Shown piece by piece: positions 62,942-64,000 of a stretch of DNA of 64,000 nt. The notes under the pieces are model-generated. The model saw only the letters and a program-made list of their open reading frames with translations, ran no database searches and was not told the DNA's origin. Origin of the DNA: Paragordius varius (lineage: Eukaryota; Animalia; Nematomorpha). The stretch is from positions 248,001 through 312,000 of the forward strand of contig OZ176052.1 of assembly GCA_964247055.1 (NCBI GenBank), in the 5' to 3' direction. Each line of letters starts with the position of its first letter. Within the stretch, counting starts at the first letter, position 1. A program made the position numbers and the translations under genes.

Positions 62942-63486
62942 CACTTGGATACAACACATTCATTTTAGTCCTTCGATTTAAATCGGGGTAGTTAAATACC
63001 CCAGGACTGTTTAAAATTATCTTTAAAAATTATGGAAGGAATCGAAACCACGGCGTTTTGCACTTATAATAAACCGAAATATATAAAAAAATAATACTTG
63101 ATATTACATATTTTAAGGGAAAAACGAAATAAAAAATTTAGTCAGCGTGACATGTCTGCAATGGTAAAATTGAAAAATAATATAAAATAAACCGCTTTTT
63201 TAAATTCTAATGTTAGATGTAATTTAAATAATAAATTAGCTTTAATTACTCTTAAAATTAAATGGACGATATTTTGCAAATATTTTGTAAAAAAATGGCG
63301 TCAAAGTTGACATGAAACTTTTTTCTCCAAAACAATATTTTATTTGGATACTTTGGCATATTTATATAATTTTTATTAGAATAGGAGCATAAATTTAAAT
63401 TGGAACCGTTTCGTACAGTAGTTTTTTAAAAATCCTAACTCAAATTTGATCTGGGGTATTTAGATACCCCAATTTGAATCGAAGTG
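62942..63486 (+). mobile_element. Complete piggyBac-like MITE (545 bp)
   Basis: TTAA TSD at 62938-62941 and 63487-63490; termini CACTTGGAT / ATCGAAGTG; the paralogous region at ~42200-42240 lacks it. Confidence 0.9.
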
Positions 63487-63719
63487 TTAAATCAATTATT
63501 ATTATCCCTATTTTTTAAATAAATGTTTATATTCACTAGATTTATTTTAAACTTTTAATGGTTAAATAGGTTCATGAGGGCCTTCATTGTATTATTTCTA
63601 TCTATTGATTTTTAGACGCCATAAAACATTAAAATTTAGTAATAATTTGTCTAATGACATTTGTTTTCCATTTTTAATAATACTACTTAATTAATATTCA
63701 CTCAAGTATGTTTTCAATC

Positions 63720-64000
63720 ACATTATCTCATATAAATTAGATATGGAAATGTCAGAAAAGAATAAAAGTAAATAATGAGAAAAGAACGAATTTAAATGCT
63801 GTGTTTGTTTAATACTAGAGCAATAATTTATTCATATTTGTTAATGTTTTTTTGATGTGGGGGATTAGATCCAATATAATCATTGGATACAAATGAGCTC
63901 CATAGTTCAGAGCTATAAAAAATGGTACTGCTTACCATTTGCTCGATGATCGTGGATGGTTCTTGTGCTAGTCATAAATTATTAATGATTAAGTCATTTT
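63720..64000 (-). mobile_element. Utopia-like 3' remnant (C/D-like), running off the window
   Basis: GAGCTATAAAAAATGGTACTGCTTACCATTTG matches the TIFYSS coding segment at ~16150 and ~23000; UTR similar to 22840-22980. Confidence 0.65.

Overview
Very AT-rich animal (metazoan) genomic DNA dominated by transposable elements; no rRNA, tRNA or CRISPR array was found, and the host species cannot be identified from the sequence. The main system is a cluster of U2 snRNA genes broken by a U2-targeting non-LTR retrotransposon of the R2-like restriction-enzyme-like endonuclease (RLE) type, i.e. Utopia-like. One full-length copy with an uninterrupted 1402-aa ORF (3 zinc fingers, RT, CCHC knuckle, RLE) sits on the minus strand between U2 nt 1-37 (48475-48511) and the rest of U2 (42721-42872). 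About 11 more U2 3' pieces each abut the 3' end of a decayed copy; the clearest junctions fall at the same TCTGTTCTT position, and the copies belong to about four subfamilies (here called A-D). No intact U2 gene is present. Also present: a Tc1/IS630-like element whose transposase appears to be split by four 21-26 nt GT-AG micro-introns, a near-intact Buster-type hAT, a decayed PIF/Harbinger element, a 1.88-kb fold-back palindrome with Tc1-like ends, RTE/BovB and Gypsy remnants, several MITE families, and a ~8-kb tandem plus a ~2.5-kb inverted segmental duplication. Host genes are a spliced PRD-class Q50 homeobox gene (with an inverted partial pseudo-copy) and a disabled protein-kinase-D-like C1a/C1b fragment. 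All alignments and translations were done by eye, so boundaries of degenerate remnants are approximate.
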